From assembly GCA_049795075.1 (NCBI GenBank), contig JBARDK010000076.1, forward strand, positions 1 to 45,275: a stretch of DNA of 45,275 nucleotides, written 5' to 3'. Every line of letters starts with the position of its first letter. Within the stretch, counting starts at the first letter, position 1. Of the stretch, positions 1 to 8,434 are shown one piece after another. The notes beneath the pieces were generated by a model that did no database searches, was not told the DNA's origin, and worked only from the letters and a program-made list of their open reading frames with translations. Both the position numbers and the translations under genes were made by a program. The DNA is from Nitrosotalea sp. (GTDB lineage Archaea > Thermoproteota > Nitrososphaeria > Nitrososphaerales > Nitrosopumilaceae).

Positions 1-1317
1 AATCCAGAACTCCTCAACATATCCAGTTGGGACAAGCTCTGCGTTGTTCTCAAGAAAATCGCCATAGCTTATGAGAATGTCTCCAAGATGTAGAATTTTT
101 TCAATGTGCGGCTTTAGTTGAATTCCGTGGGAGGTATCCCTTATCTTGACTACATTTCCATTGTCTAGCCTGACAACTGGGGTATCAATTGAATCAACAA
201 ATGCAATAGTTGAGGCCTTTCCTGGAATGTCAAGTTTTATCTGAGTGCCAACTGCAATAACATGATCTAAAATTTCTGCAACTACTGGATGGACTCCAAC
301 TGATGCAAAGCCTGTGTTGCATGCACGCCCATATCGTAGCCTAAACCCGCCAAGTTTTTTTGGCATTGAAAGAACAGACCTGCCAGTAATTACCTCTCTC
401 ATTCTGTGAGCGGCCGCATCCTCGTCTCCAGTCTGGATGGCGCCCTTTAGGTCCTTGAGCCACTCCCAGCCATCTAGTTTGAATAAATCAATGAGTTTTA
501 GCAACTTGCGAGACCTACCAATGAGCCCATCGTTGAGCACACGAAGTGCCCCTCCTCGAACTCTGTTGGTGTTTATTCTTACCATGTTTCTATGACTTAC
601 AATCTCGACTGGGTCGGTGTCTATACCATTAAGCTCCACAGGAATGTTGGAAATGGTGGCTACCACATCCTCATCTGGGACATGGAATTGAAAGCTTCCT
701 ACCTCTCTCTCATAGAGACGCAATTCCTCTACAAATCTGCCCGTCTCATCATCGTAGGAATTGGCTTTGTACTTGCCAAGTCCGGCAATCTTGCGTACAT
801 GGTCTGCAATAAGTATGGTAGATGCTGCTTCCGTACCCCCTGCAGAGCGTATGGGTCCTGCAAATGAGACTGACAGATAGTCAGAGCCGTCTGCGTTCTT
901 CTTTATCTTGACCTCGCTTATTCCCTGAAGAGGGGCTATTGTAACGCCTTCAGTCACTATTGCCAATCCTACACGTACTGCCAGGTCGAGCTTCTCTTGC
1001 AGGTCTGTCTCAGGACTGGAATACTTGCCTTGGGCTATCTCTTCTGCAAGTTTGAGTGCTGCTAGCTCCTTTGTTGTTGTCTGGATGAGGTTTCTGAGAT
1101 TTTCTGTGACGTCAATATCGTGCATTTTTGATACACGATCAGCAAGGTCAAACGCTATCTTGGGCTCTACCATTCCAGAGGAATCTGCCAGTGTAGCCTT
1201 TGCAGCGGCAGCTTTTTCAAAAATAGAAAAGACCTCATTTGATAGTTTGCTATAATACTCAAAATATGACTCTGGCATTGGGACTTCCTTGAGTCTCAAT
1301 GCGATATTTTCAGACAT
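1..1317 (-). CDS. polC: DNA polymerase D large subunit DP2 (5' part; runs off window start)
   Basis: Not in ORF track (no stop in window). Manual translation from ATG at 1317: MSENIALRLKEVPMPESY...GLAIVTEGVTIAPLQGI...AGPIRSAGGTE...NRVRGGALRVLNDG...GGFRLRYGR...LGDILISYGDFLENN, all typical DP2 motifs. Confidence 0.96.
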   Translation of the reverse strand, partial: MSENIALRLKEVPMPESYFEYYSKLSNEVFSIFEKAAAAKATLADSSGMVEPKIAFDLADRVSKMHDIDVTENLRNLIQTTTKELAALKLAEEIAQGKYSSPETDLQEKLDLAVRVGLAIVTEGVTIAPLQGISEVKIKKNADGSDYLSVSFAGPIRSAGGTEAASTILIADHVRKIAGLGKYKANSYDDETGRFVEELRLYEREVGSFQFHVPDEDVVATISNIPVELNGIDTDPVEIVSHRNMVRINTNRVRGGALRVLNDGLIGRSRKLLKLIDLFKLDGWEWLKDLKGAIQTGDEDAAAHRMREVITGRSVLSMPKKLGGFRLRYGRACNTGFASVGVHPVVAEILDHVIAVGTQIKLDIPGKASTIAFVDSIDTPVVRLDNGNVVKIRDTSHGIQLKPHIEKILHLGDILISYGDFLENNAELVPTGYVEEFWI

Positions 1318-1318
1318 G

Positions 1319-2068
1319 CTATTTCCTTACAGACTGGATGGCTTTTACTATATCTGCTATTGTTTTGAAACTTCCGCCTTTTTCAATAAATGTTCCAATT
1401 ACTATGGCATCGGCACCTGCCTTTACGATCTCGCCAGCAGTATGGGCATTTCGAATTCCTCCACCAACTATGAGAAATCCCTTGAAGAGTTTTCTAACAG
1501 CTGCTACCATCTCCGGCCTAACGTTTGATTTTGCGCCAGAGCCTGCTTCAAGATATACAAATCTCATGCCCATGAATTGCGCAGACAGGGCATACATGGC
1601 TGCCAAACTTGGTTTGTCAAATGGGATTGTTCTTGCAGAACCAACATGCCATACTGTTGTTCCCTCACCAATTATGATGTAGGCTGTTGGTAGAGGTTCG
1701 AGGCCAAATCTAAGTACATTTGGAGCCCCCAATGCCTGGGCTTGAGAGATAAAGTATGGGTTATCAGAGTTCAATAGTGAGCTAAATAATATAGCGTCTG
1801 CTCCTGGAACAATACCTGTAACATTTCCTGGAAATAGTATCACGGGAATCTTGACAGATCTTTTGATGTTTTTGACAGTCTCTGCCATGGTTATCTGGTC
1901 AGTTGCAGATGAGCCTCCAACCAGTATGATTGAGGCGCCGCTCTTTTCTGCATCCTTGGCAAGCTGTGATGCAGAATTTTTTCCATCGTTTTCTGAATCA
2001 ATTAATACGAAGAGTAAAGCCCCTTTCTTCTTTCTGGAGGCGATTAGGTATCTTTCTACACTTTGCAT
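1319..2068 (-). CDS. Geranylgeranylglyceryl phosphate (GGGP) synthase
   Basis: LID, VGGS, PVILFPG, YLEAGSG and VGGGIR motifs of the GGGPS/PcrB TIM barrel; stop lies 1 nt from the polC start. Confidence 0.93.
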   Translation of the reverse strand: MQSVERYLIASRKKKGALLFVLIDSENDGKNSASQLAKDAEKSGASIILVGGSSATDQITMAETVKNIKRSVKIPVILFPGNVTGIVPGADAILFSSLLNSDNPYFISQAQALGAPNVLRFGLEPLPTAYIIIGEGTTVWHVGSARTIPFDKPSLAAMYALSAQFMGMRFVYLEAGSGAKSNVRPEMVAAVRKLFKGFLIVGGGIRNAHTAGEIVKAGADAIVIGTFIEKGGSFKTIADIVKAIQSVRK

Positions 2069-2132
2069 ATGACTGGTTGATAGCTATTCGTTAAAAGTTT
2101 AATTGAATAAAGTTATACAGATATGTATAGCT

Positions 2133-2495
2133 TTGAGCACACTCCCAGAAGATAATTTGAATAATATAGTAAAACAAATTATAAAAAAATCATCATTTAC
2201 AGAGCGCCAAATTGAAATTATTTTAAAAAGGCGGAACCTATCAGACTCCCAGTTTACCATAACTAAAGGGGCTTTCTATAGGCAGGTCGGGCAGTCCCAG
2301 GAGAAGTTCGAGGCGTTATGCTATTCCTGGATACTGCTTAAAGCATTAGGTATCCTTCGTGAAGAGGACATGGATGTGATAAATCGCCTCTCAGAACAGG
2401 TTTCTGTGATAAAAAATAGTGATGTTTTCCCTGAACGTGAGGAACAAGTCATCATTGTGATACAAGAGTTGTTAGAACGAATGTGTAAGTTGTGA
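2133..2495 (+). CDS. Origin-linked hypothetical protein, probable HTH
   Basis: ORF 2103..2495; in-frame TTG at 2133 is the likelier start; FTERQIEII...ITKGAFYRQVGQS resembles an HTH. Confidence 0.7.
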   Translation: MSTLPEDNLNNIVKQIIKKSSFTERQIEIILKRRNLSDSQFTITKGAFYRQVGQSQEKFEALCYSWILLKALGILREEDMDVINRLSEQVSVIKNSDVFPEREEQVIIVIQELLERMCKL

Positions 2496-2616
2496 TTTTT
2501 TGTGCGTGTGAGCGTGCCATACATGAACAATCTGTGACAAAGACGTTTGTGATTGATGTGTATTGTGTAAAATTATTTTACTCAAACATGATAAATCACA
2601 TTGGTTATGATATGTA

Positions 2617-3177
2617 GTGATGTTAGTAGACATAGACGTAGGAATGATTTTGGGTGTAATAGCTTCGTTTGTGATTGGTATTGCATGTATAGTAGCATAC
2701 AATAAAGTCAAACCACGCCTAGAGTCACAAAGCAATGATCTAAAAATTTTGGTAGAACGATTACAATATTATGAAAATTTATTAATAGATATGAAAATTA
2801 AGTTAGATTCATTAGAACTGGCCAAGGAGCCTGAAGAACTTGTACGGGCACAAATTCCAAAGCCAAAGGAGCAGAAGCAAGAGCCGGCTATAGTTATGGA
2901 GGTAAGAGAAGAGAAACCCAAGGAAAGAGTACATAATATGACTTTTGGAAGCGCGATAGAATACGTATTACGATTAATCACAGAAAAACCCATGACATCA
3001 CGTGACATCCAGGTCACAATAGGAAGGACCCGGGAACATACATCACGTATGATGAAGAAGCTCTTTGAGGAAGGTTTGGTTGAGCGAGACATGCGGACAA
3101 AGCCCTTTACTTACAAGATAACTGAAAAAGGCCTCATTAGGATAGGGTCGCTAAAGGCCCCGACAGTGGAAAGCTAG
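2617..3177 (+). CDS. Membrane-anchored winged-helix DNA-binding protein (TM + coiled coil + wHTH)
   Basis: N-terminal hydrophobic helix (MILGVIASFVIGIACIVAY), heptad segment, charged linker, C-terminal wHTH (MTSRDIQVTIGRTREHTSRMMKKLFEEGLVER...YKITEKG). Confidence 0.8.
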   Translation: MMLVDIDVGMILGVIASFVIGIACIVAYNKVKPRLESQSNDLKILVERLQYYENLLIDMKIKLDSLELAKEPEELVRAQIPKPKEQKQEPAIVMEVREEKPKERVHNMTFGSAIEYVLRLITEKPMTSRDIQVTIGRTREHTSRMMKKLFEEGLVERDMRTKPFTYKITEKGLIRIGSLKAPTVES

Positions 3178-3349
3178 CTAAAGGGTTTTGATCTGGTTTA
3201 ATCCAAGTCCTTTGGTCTAGTTTTACAGGTTTTTGGTTGTTGCAAAGTTACCCTAAGGATTTTTGGGTCAAAAATGGAGAAAAATCAACATAAATTATTA
3301 ATCTTATTTTATAATAAAATCTTAAATTATTGAACTTATAATGAATGGT

Positions 3350-3505
3350 ATGTCAGATGTGGAGCAGCTCATAAAGATAACCTCGGCAGGTACGATCTCA
3401 ATCCCGAAGGACTTTAGGAGATATCTTGACCTTCAAAAGGGAGATTATGTTAAGGTAACAGTTGAGGGGGACCGTTTGGTTGTCAAGAAGGCGATGATTT
3501 CCTAA
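3350..3505 (+). CDS. AbrB/SpoVT/MazE-family small DNA-binding protein (51 aa)
   Basis: Below ORF-track cutoff: MSDVEQLIKITSAGTISIPKDFRRYLDLQKGDYVKVTVEGDRLVVKKAMIS; G-x-I-x-IP...L...GD swapped-hairpin pattern. Confidence 0.88.
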   Translation: MSDVEQLIKITSAGTISIPKDFRRYLDLQKGDYVKVTVEGDRLVVKKAMIS

Positions 3506-3897
3506 GTCGCGGTCCGTTCTCTTTGGACTAGTTTGAGTATCTGGTAGTTCCATTCCTTTCCATTTCTCTCTCTTGCAACTCTTCCCTTAAGAGCGAACCT
3601 TGAGAGGTATGTGGATATCACGCTTAGTTTAATTGGCTCCTCATACTCGTCCTCATATTTTTCAAGTATTATTGAAGAGGTAAACTTGCCCATTGGAAAG
3701 TGCTTGTCCACAATGTTCCAGATTTTGGCTCCAACGGTATCAAGATGTACTGATTCCTCGGGCTCCTCTATATTCATCAAATCCATTAATTCAAATATCT
3801 TTAGCATCTTTTCACGGGTAACATTGCCCTCTAGGCTGAGGTTATACTTGGCGCCTTCTGCATCCTCCAGGTCTATTCGTATTCGTTTTCTTGCCAT
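3502..3897 (-). CDS. Origin-adjacent hypothetical protein with C-terminal winged helix
   Basis: 131 aa; FTSSIILEKYEDEY...LSVISTYLSRFALKGRVARER...WNY is wHTH-like; divergent from cdc6 across the origin. Confidence 0.75.
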   Translation of the reverse strand: MARKRIRIDLEDAEGAKYNLSLEGNVTREKMLKIFELMDLMNIEEPEESVHLDTVGAKIWNIVDKHFPMGKFTSSIILEKYEDEYEEPIKLSVISTYLSRFALKGRVARERNGKEWNYQILKLVQRERTAT

Positions 3898-4051
3898 CGT
3901 GATCGATCAGGTTAACACCTTAACACTTGAACGGATCATAGAAGAATTGTTAACAAGTAAGTTTGTTAACATTCACCGCGTAGTCCATGCGTAGACACTT
4001 TTTCCATCTTAACAGGCATCCCTATGCTTTTATCTATGAATAGGCCAAAAC

Positions 4052-4139
4052 CACGCCTAGAGTGGAAATAATGGGGTCCATTTAGGCATATTAACAATGT
4101 TAAGGTCCATCTTCACGCCTAGAGTGGAAATAATGGGGT
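4052..4139 (+). repeat. Two exact 26-bp ORB-like direct repeats CACGCCTAGAGTGGAAATAATGGGGT (4052-4077, 4114-4139)
   Basis: Read directly; resembles the archaeal ORB pattern TCCAGTGGAAA-N-GGGG. Confidence 0.9.
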
Positions 4140-4204
4140 TATTTTGGGCTCTTTGCTGTTCCACCTTAACACCAACTTCACTAATTGTTAACCAGCTCCA
4201 AGAA

Positions 4205-4232
4205 CACCCACACACCTTTTCTTCCACTCTAG
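4205..4232 (-). promoter_or_regulatory. Inverted ORB-like box CTAGAGTGGAAGAAAAGGTGTGTGGGTG
   Basis: Shares CTAGAGTGGAA with the direct repeats; G-string points back toward the 4114-4139 box. Confidence 0.8.
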
Positions 4233-4370
4233 CTTTATTAAAAATAATTTTTTTTAAGAAAATAAAAATAATTAATGATATACTAAATTTGAATTAGTTA
4301 TTCTGTTCTAATCTAATTAGTATGGTAGAGTCCATATGTGGATAGAGAAGAAACAACGGTGTGTGGGTTG

Positions 4371-5579
4371 ATGACAAGAGATCCGATTGATAAATTACTT
4401 GATGATGCAGCAAGCGGCAAATCATTATTCAAAAATAGAGAGGTATTGCATTTTACATTCATACCAAACATGGTATTGCATAGAGATGACGAACAAAAAA
4501 AAGTTACCCAATCACTTATTCCATTATTGAAAAAGGCCAGACCATCAAACCTGTTGATATATGGCAAACCAGGTACAGGCAAGACATTAGTTGTAAAAAA
4601 AGTACTAGACAAGATTCAAGAGCGGGTTAAGGATGGCTCATATCCAATACAACTGCTGTACGCAAATGCAAAAGAGGAGACTACACTATACGGCCTTTTG
4701 GTAAAATTTGGCCGCCAGTTGGGGCTTGCGTCACAAAAGGAGCTGCCAACAACCGGACTATCAATCAGTGAAGTCTTCAATAGGCTAATAGCAGTAATTG
4801 AAAAGAATGGCCTCAATGCTGTCTTTGTAGTAGATGAGATTGATTATCTGGCAGAACTGGTATCAAAGACAGGAAAGGATGTTTTCTATTCATTAACCCG
4901 AGCAAATGAGAGATTGAAAAAAGGCTCACTTACCTTGATTGGCATATCAAATGACCTAACGTTCAAAGAAAGGCTGGACCCCCGAGTTCTAAGCAGCCTA
5001 AGCGAGGAAGAGATTGTCTTTACCAATTATACGGTTAACCAGATCAAGGAGATATTGACAGACAGGATCAAGGAAGCCTTTGTTCCAAACATAGTGGAAC
5101 AAGCCGCCCTGAACCTATGCTCTGCAATGTCAGGCCAAGAACATGGCGATGCCAGGCGGGCAATAGACCTACTTCGTGTGGCAGGCGAGATATCAGAACG
5201 GGAGCAGTCTGATGTTGTAAAAGAAGACCACATTCGCAGGGCCTCATTGAAGATGGAAGAGGACAAGGAAACAACAGCACTCAACTCATACCCCCTTCAT
5301 GAAAAACTACTCATACTTGCGGTAATGAAGGCAAACGGCACCACAACAGGCGAGATATACCACTCCTACAAGAATCTCTGCAAGATTACTAGACAGAAGG
5401 AGCTCACACAGCGCAGAGTAACCCAAATGCTAAGCGAGATTGAGATGACAGGACTCATCTCAGGCAAGATAATCCACCAAGGTATGCATGGAAGAACAAA
5501 AAAATTTGCTTTGACACTAAATCCAGACACCATAAAAAAAGCATTCAAGGAAGACTTGGCCTTGGAAGATCTTCTGTAA
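4371..5579 (+). CDS. cdc6: Orc1/Cdc6 replication initiator
   Basis: Walker A GKPGTGKT, Walker B VVDEID, GDARRAIDLL, C-terminal wHTH; ATG 4371 preferred to GTG 4338. Confidence 0.96.
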   Translation: MTRDPIDKLLDDAASGKSLFKNREVLHFTFIPNMVLHRDDEQKKVTQSLIPLLKKARPSNLLIYGKPGTGKTLVVKKVLDKIQERVKDGSYPIQLLYANAKEETTLYGLLVKFGRQLGLASQKELPTTGLSISEVFNRLIAVIEKNGLNAVFVVDEIDYLAELVSKTGKDVFYSLTRANERLKKGSLTLIGISNDLTFKERLDPRVLSSLSEEEIVFTNYTVNQIKEILTDRIKEAFVPNIVEQAALNLCSAMSGQEHGDARRAIDLLRVAGEISEREQSDVVKEDHIRRASLKMEEDKETTALNSYPLHEKLLILAVMKANGTTTGEIYHSYKNLCKITRQKELTQRRVTQMLSEIEMTGLISGKIIHQGMHGRTKKFALTLNPDTIKKAFKEDLALEDLL

Positions 5580-7010
5580 CTAATCTTCTTTCTCGGTAAA
5601 GTCTTTTGTAAAGACCTTCATTGTAGCCAAGTTTACAATTATGGCTATTCCAGGTGTTGGGACAATTCCACCGCTTGCCTGATAGTCAGTCTGGCTCTGC
5701 CAGGCCCCGGAATTGACCATCAATGTTCCTTTGTACATGTCAAGATCAACAACATGAACATGGCCGGAATGAAAGATATCTGGAACTTCATTTATCACCA
5801 TAAAATCTTCAAGCTCAGGCGCAATTGGGGTACGCTTTCCATAAATCGGACTAAGATGCCTTGTCCTTAACAGTGCCCGCATTGCCCTTGCTGGCTGTGC
5901 ATAGCTTAGGCCCGGAGTAGTTCCCACTACATCATCAAGGCTCTGGCCATGAAACATCAATACCTTTACACCATTGAGATCCAAAAAGGCAGGATTTCCT
6001 AACATGAAAAAATTCTCTCTATTCCACAAACTCATGTTGTGTTTTTCTGGTATGGCAGGCTGGGGAAGAGCTCTTCTACCGGGGTCATGGTTGCCAGGAA
6101 TTATGAAGGTCTTGATATGTTTTGGAATCTTGTCTAGCATCTGAGCCGCCTTTGCCATCTGGTCGTCCATATCCATGATAAGCAACTCCTTGTCTTGATT
6201 TGGAAAGATTCCAATCCCGTCAACAATATCTCCACATATCAAGAGAAATCGGACCTTTCTTGCTATTGGATCGGGACTTGAAAGCCAGGAAATAAACTCT
6301 GTAAATTCCTTTTCCATAAAATATCTACTACCGACGTGAATGTCTGATATCAGGACAGCATACGTCTCAGTCTTTGAACGATTTGCTATGTGCTCTGGGA
6401 CATCTGGGACTAGAAGCTCCTTTGCGATAAATCCACCATTTTTGCCATTTGTAACGCCCACCATTACAAACTGGTCCATTAAAAGCGAGTTTGCAGTCTC
6501 CTGTAATTCTTGATTCCATACCAGAATCTCCACAGAACCGGTAGGGTCATCTATTACCAGCTTGGTTACATCTCGGTCAATCCTTCTATCCATCAGGAGG
6601 CCTGCAACAAATGTCTCCTCACCAAGCTTGCCATCTGTCACATTTTTAATTGGCGTAAGTTTCTTTGCCTGCGATCGCTGCATCATTATTTTAAGTAGTT
6701 TTGAGTATCTATCAGAAAAAAGGGCTGTAAAACCAACTATTCCCTCTGCTGATGTGATCTTTTTTGTAGGGTCAAACAATATTTCATGCCTATCCTCAAC
6801 ACTATCATCAACTTCTGATTCTACAAACATTTTGAGGTCACTTTGATTTATCAAAAACAAGTTTTGCTTTGCCTTTTCACGAACAACTTGCTTAATTATA
6901 TTTTGGAGTTCCTTTACATCTATCTTTTCTAATATCTTAAAAGCATCGGGATGAATCTGAAATCCCTTGCTCAGGGCATATGTCACTGCTGATGATACCT
7001 CTTCTTTCAC
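5580..7010 (-). CDS. DNA polymerase D small (proofreading) subunit DP1
   Basis: OB fold (IDDPTGSVE) plus calcineurin-like phosphoesterase motifs SDIHVGS, GDIVDG, PGNHD, FHG, GHVH, NSGAWQ. Confidence 0.95.
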   Translation of the reverse strand: MKEEVSSAVTYALSKGFQIHPDAFKILEKIDVKELQNIIKQVVREKAKQNLFLINQSDLKMFVESEVDDSVEDRHEILFDPTKKITSAEGIVGFTALFSDRYSKLLKIMMQRSQAKKLTPIKNVTDGKLGEETFVAGLLMDRRIDRDVTKLVIDDPTGSVEILVWNQELQETANSLLMDQFVMVGVTNGKNGGFIAKELLVPDVPEHIANRSKTETYAVLISDIHVGSRYFMEKEFTEFISWLSSPDPIARKVRFLLICGDIVDGIGIFPNQDKELLIMDMDDQMAKAAQMLDKIPKHIKTFIIPGNHDPGRRALPQPAIPEKHNMSLWNRENFFMLGNPAFLDLNGVKVLMFHGQSLDDVVGTTPGLSYAQPARAMRALLRTRHLSPIYGKRTPIAPELEDFMVINEVPDIFHSGHVHVVDLDMYKGTLMVNSGAWQSQTDYQASGGIVPTPGIAIIVNLATMKVFTKDFTEKED

Positions 7011-7085
7011 AAACTGTCATAATACAACTTTTAATTAAATCTGTTCGAGCTGTCAACCCTCAAATAACTCCTCAAAACAAACTCG

Positions 7086-7625
7086 TTGTTGGTAAAAAGG
7101 CGAGTCTTAATTTTTCTGATCTTCATTGCAATATTTTCAATTGCATATTCTGTTGGCAGTGAAAGCAACATATCAGAAGAAGATTCCAAGTCATTTGTTA
7201 AAGACTTTCAGCATACTGTAGAAGGAATTGACGCAATAGGAATTTTTACTCATAACACATCTGTTGCATTGCCCATGTTCCTGCCAGGTTTTGGAATAGC
7301 ATGGGGGTCCTTTGCTGCATGGTCAACTGGACTTGCCTTTAAGGCACTAGTATCTACTACACCAACACTTGCAAAACTTCCACCACTTGCAATACTCTAT
7401 CTCTCACCTTTTGGCGTAATGGAGCTAATTGCCTATTCCATTGGAATGTCAAGAAGTTTTCTTCTCATCAATACCATATTGAGGAGGGGAAACCTCAGGG
7501 AAGCACTACGTCCAACAGCAATCGAGATAGGAATTGTAATTGCGTTGCTACTAGCGGCGGCATTCATTGAATATGCCATGATCCAAGAATTTGGCTCGAC
7601 ACTGGTTAATCCCAAAACACACTAG
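7086..7625 (+). CDS. SpoIIM/DUF95-family membrane protein
   Basis: Multiple TM helices; IFTHN, PFGVMEL, LAAAFIE motifs. Confidence 0.75.
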   Translation: MLVKRRVLIFLIFIAIFSIAYSVGSESNISEEDSKSFVKDFQHTVEGIDAIGIFTHNTSVALPMFLPGFGIAWGSFAAWSTGLAFKALVSTTPTLAKLPPLAILYLSPFGVMELIAYSIGMSRSFLLINTILRRGNLREALRPTAIEIGIVIALLLAAAFIEYAMIQEFGSTLVNPKTH

Positions 7626-7660
7626 ATTCGTTTTTATTTTAACACCAAACAGTCAAGATA

Positions 7661-8395
7661 ATGCTTGGCCTTAAGATTCACACACTTCCAAAACTAAACA
7701 AACCCATAATGATAGCCGCGCTTCCAGACATGGGAAACGTTGCGGGAATTGGAATGGAATTTCTTATAAAAAAACTAAAAGCAAAACTATTTGCAGAGAT
7801 CTATGCGTTCTGGCCGCCAGCGGTCTCGTATGAACAGGGGCTGATAAAATATGATCAATCAAGCTACAAATTTCATTATTCACAAAAGGAAAACATTGTG
7901 TTCTTTTCCGGAGAGTTTAATCCCTCTGATCCTCGACGTCTTTACGAACTGTGCTATGAGGTAGTTGGCATGGCAAAAAAGCTCAAAGTAAATACGCTCT
8001 ATTCCATTGGAGCTGCCTTGAGGCAACCCAGTCCTGCCGAGCCCAAATTGTTTGCTGTCACAACAACACCAAAACACCTAAACTTGCTAAAGAAGAAAAA
8101 GTTAGAACCATTCAATGGACAAGGCCAGATAGCTGGCTTCAATGGTTTGGTATTGGGAATTGCAAAGGAAAAGCAGCTTGACAGCATTTGCATTCTGGGA
8201 GAAATAGACAATCCAAATGTCATTCAACCAAGGTCAGCTCAGCTCATACTTGCAAAACTTTTGCAGGTTTTGGAGCTTGGGCCACTGGACATGAAAGAAC
8301 TAGAGGAGGAGGAAAAGAGAAAACAGTTCATGGAACAGCAAATGAGCTACATGAGCGGACTAGCTAAAAGAGATAATCAACCGGGAATTGCCTAA
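7661..8395 (+). CDS. PAC2-family proteasome assembly chaperone
   Basis: ALPDMGNVAGIG, YSIGA, GQIAGFNGLVLG motifs. Confidence 0.85.
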   Translation: MLGLKIHTLPKLNKPIMIAALPDMGNVAGIGMEFLIKKLKAKLFAEIYAFWPPAVSYEQGLIKYDQSSYKFHYSQKENIVFFSGEFNPSDPRRLYELCYEVVGMAKKLKVNTLYSIGAALRQPSPAEPKLFAVTTTPKHLNLLKKKKLEPFNGQGQIAGFNGLVLGIAKEKQLDSICILGEIDNPNVIQPRSAQLILAKLLQVLELGPLDMKELEEEEKRKQFMEQQMSYMSGLAKRDNQPGIA

Positions 8396-8434
8396 TTGTT
8401 TGAAGAAATTATACCCAGCCATTAAATACGAGTT

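Larger units (their letters stand above)
3898..4370. other. Probable replication origin (oriC)
   Basis: ~470-bp non-coding gap directly upstream of cdc6 with ORB-like boxes (core AGTGGAA + G-string) and a very AT-rich tract at ~4233-4320. Confidence 0.88.

Noticed and set aside
592..1682. Plus-strand ORFs 592-867, 1025-1255, 1289-1528, 1299-1682
   Set aside because: Antisense shadows of polC and GGGP synthase; the same applies to most short track ORFs overlapping called genes
4052..4139. 26-bp direct repeats with a 36-bp spacer as a mini-CRISPR
   Set aside because: Only two copies, ORB-like sequence with an inverted third copy, directly upstream of cdc6, and no cas genes in the window
4097..4297. 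66-aa ORF within the origin
   Set aside because: Runs through ORBs and the AT tract; no protein-like features
4338..4370. GTG-started N-terminal extension of Cdc6
   Set aside because: Overlaps an ORB-like box; ATG 4371 gives a more typical N-terminus
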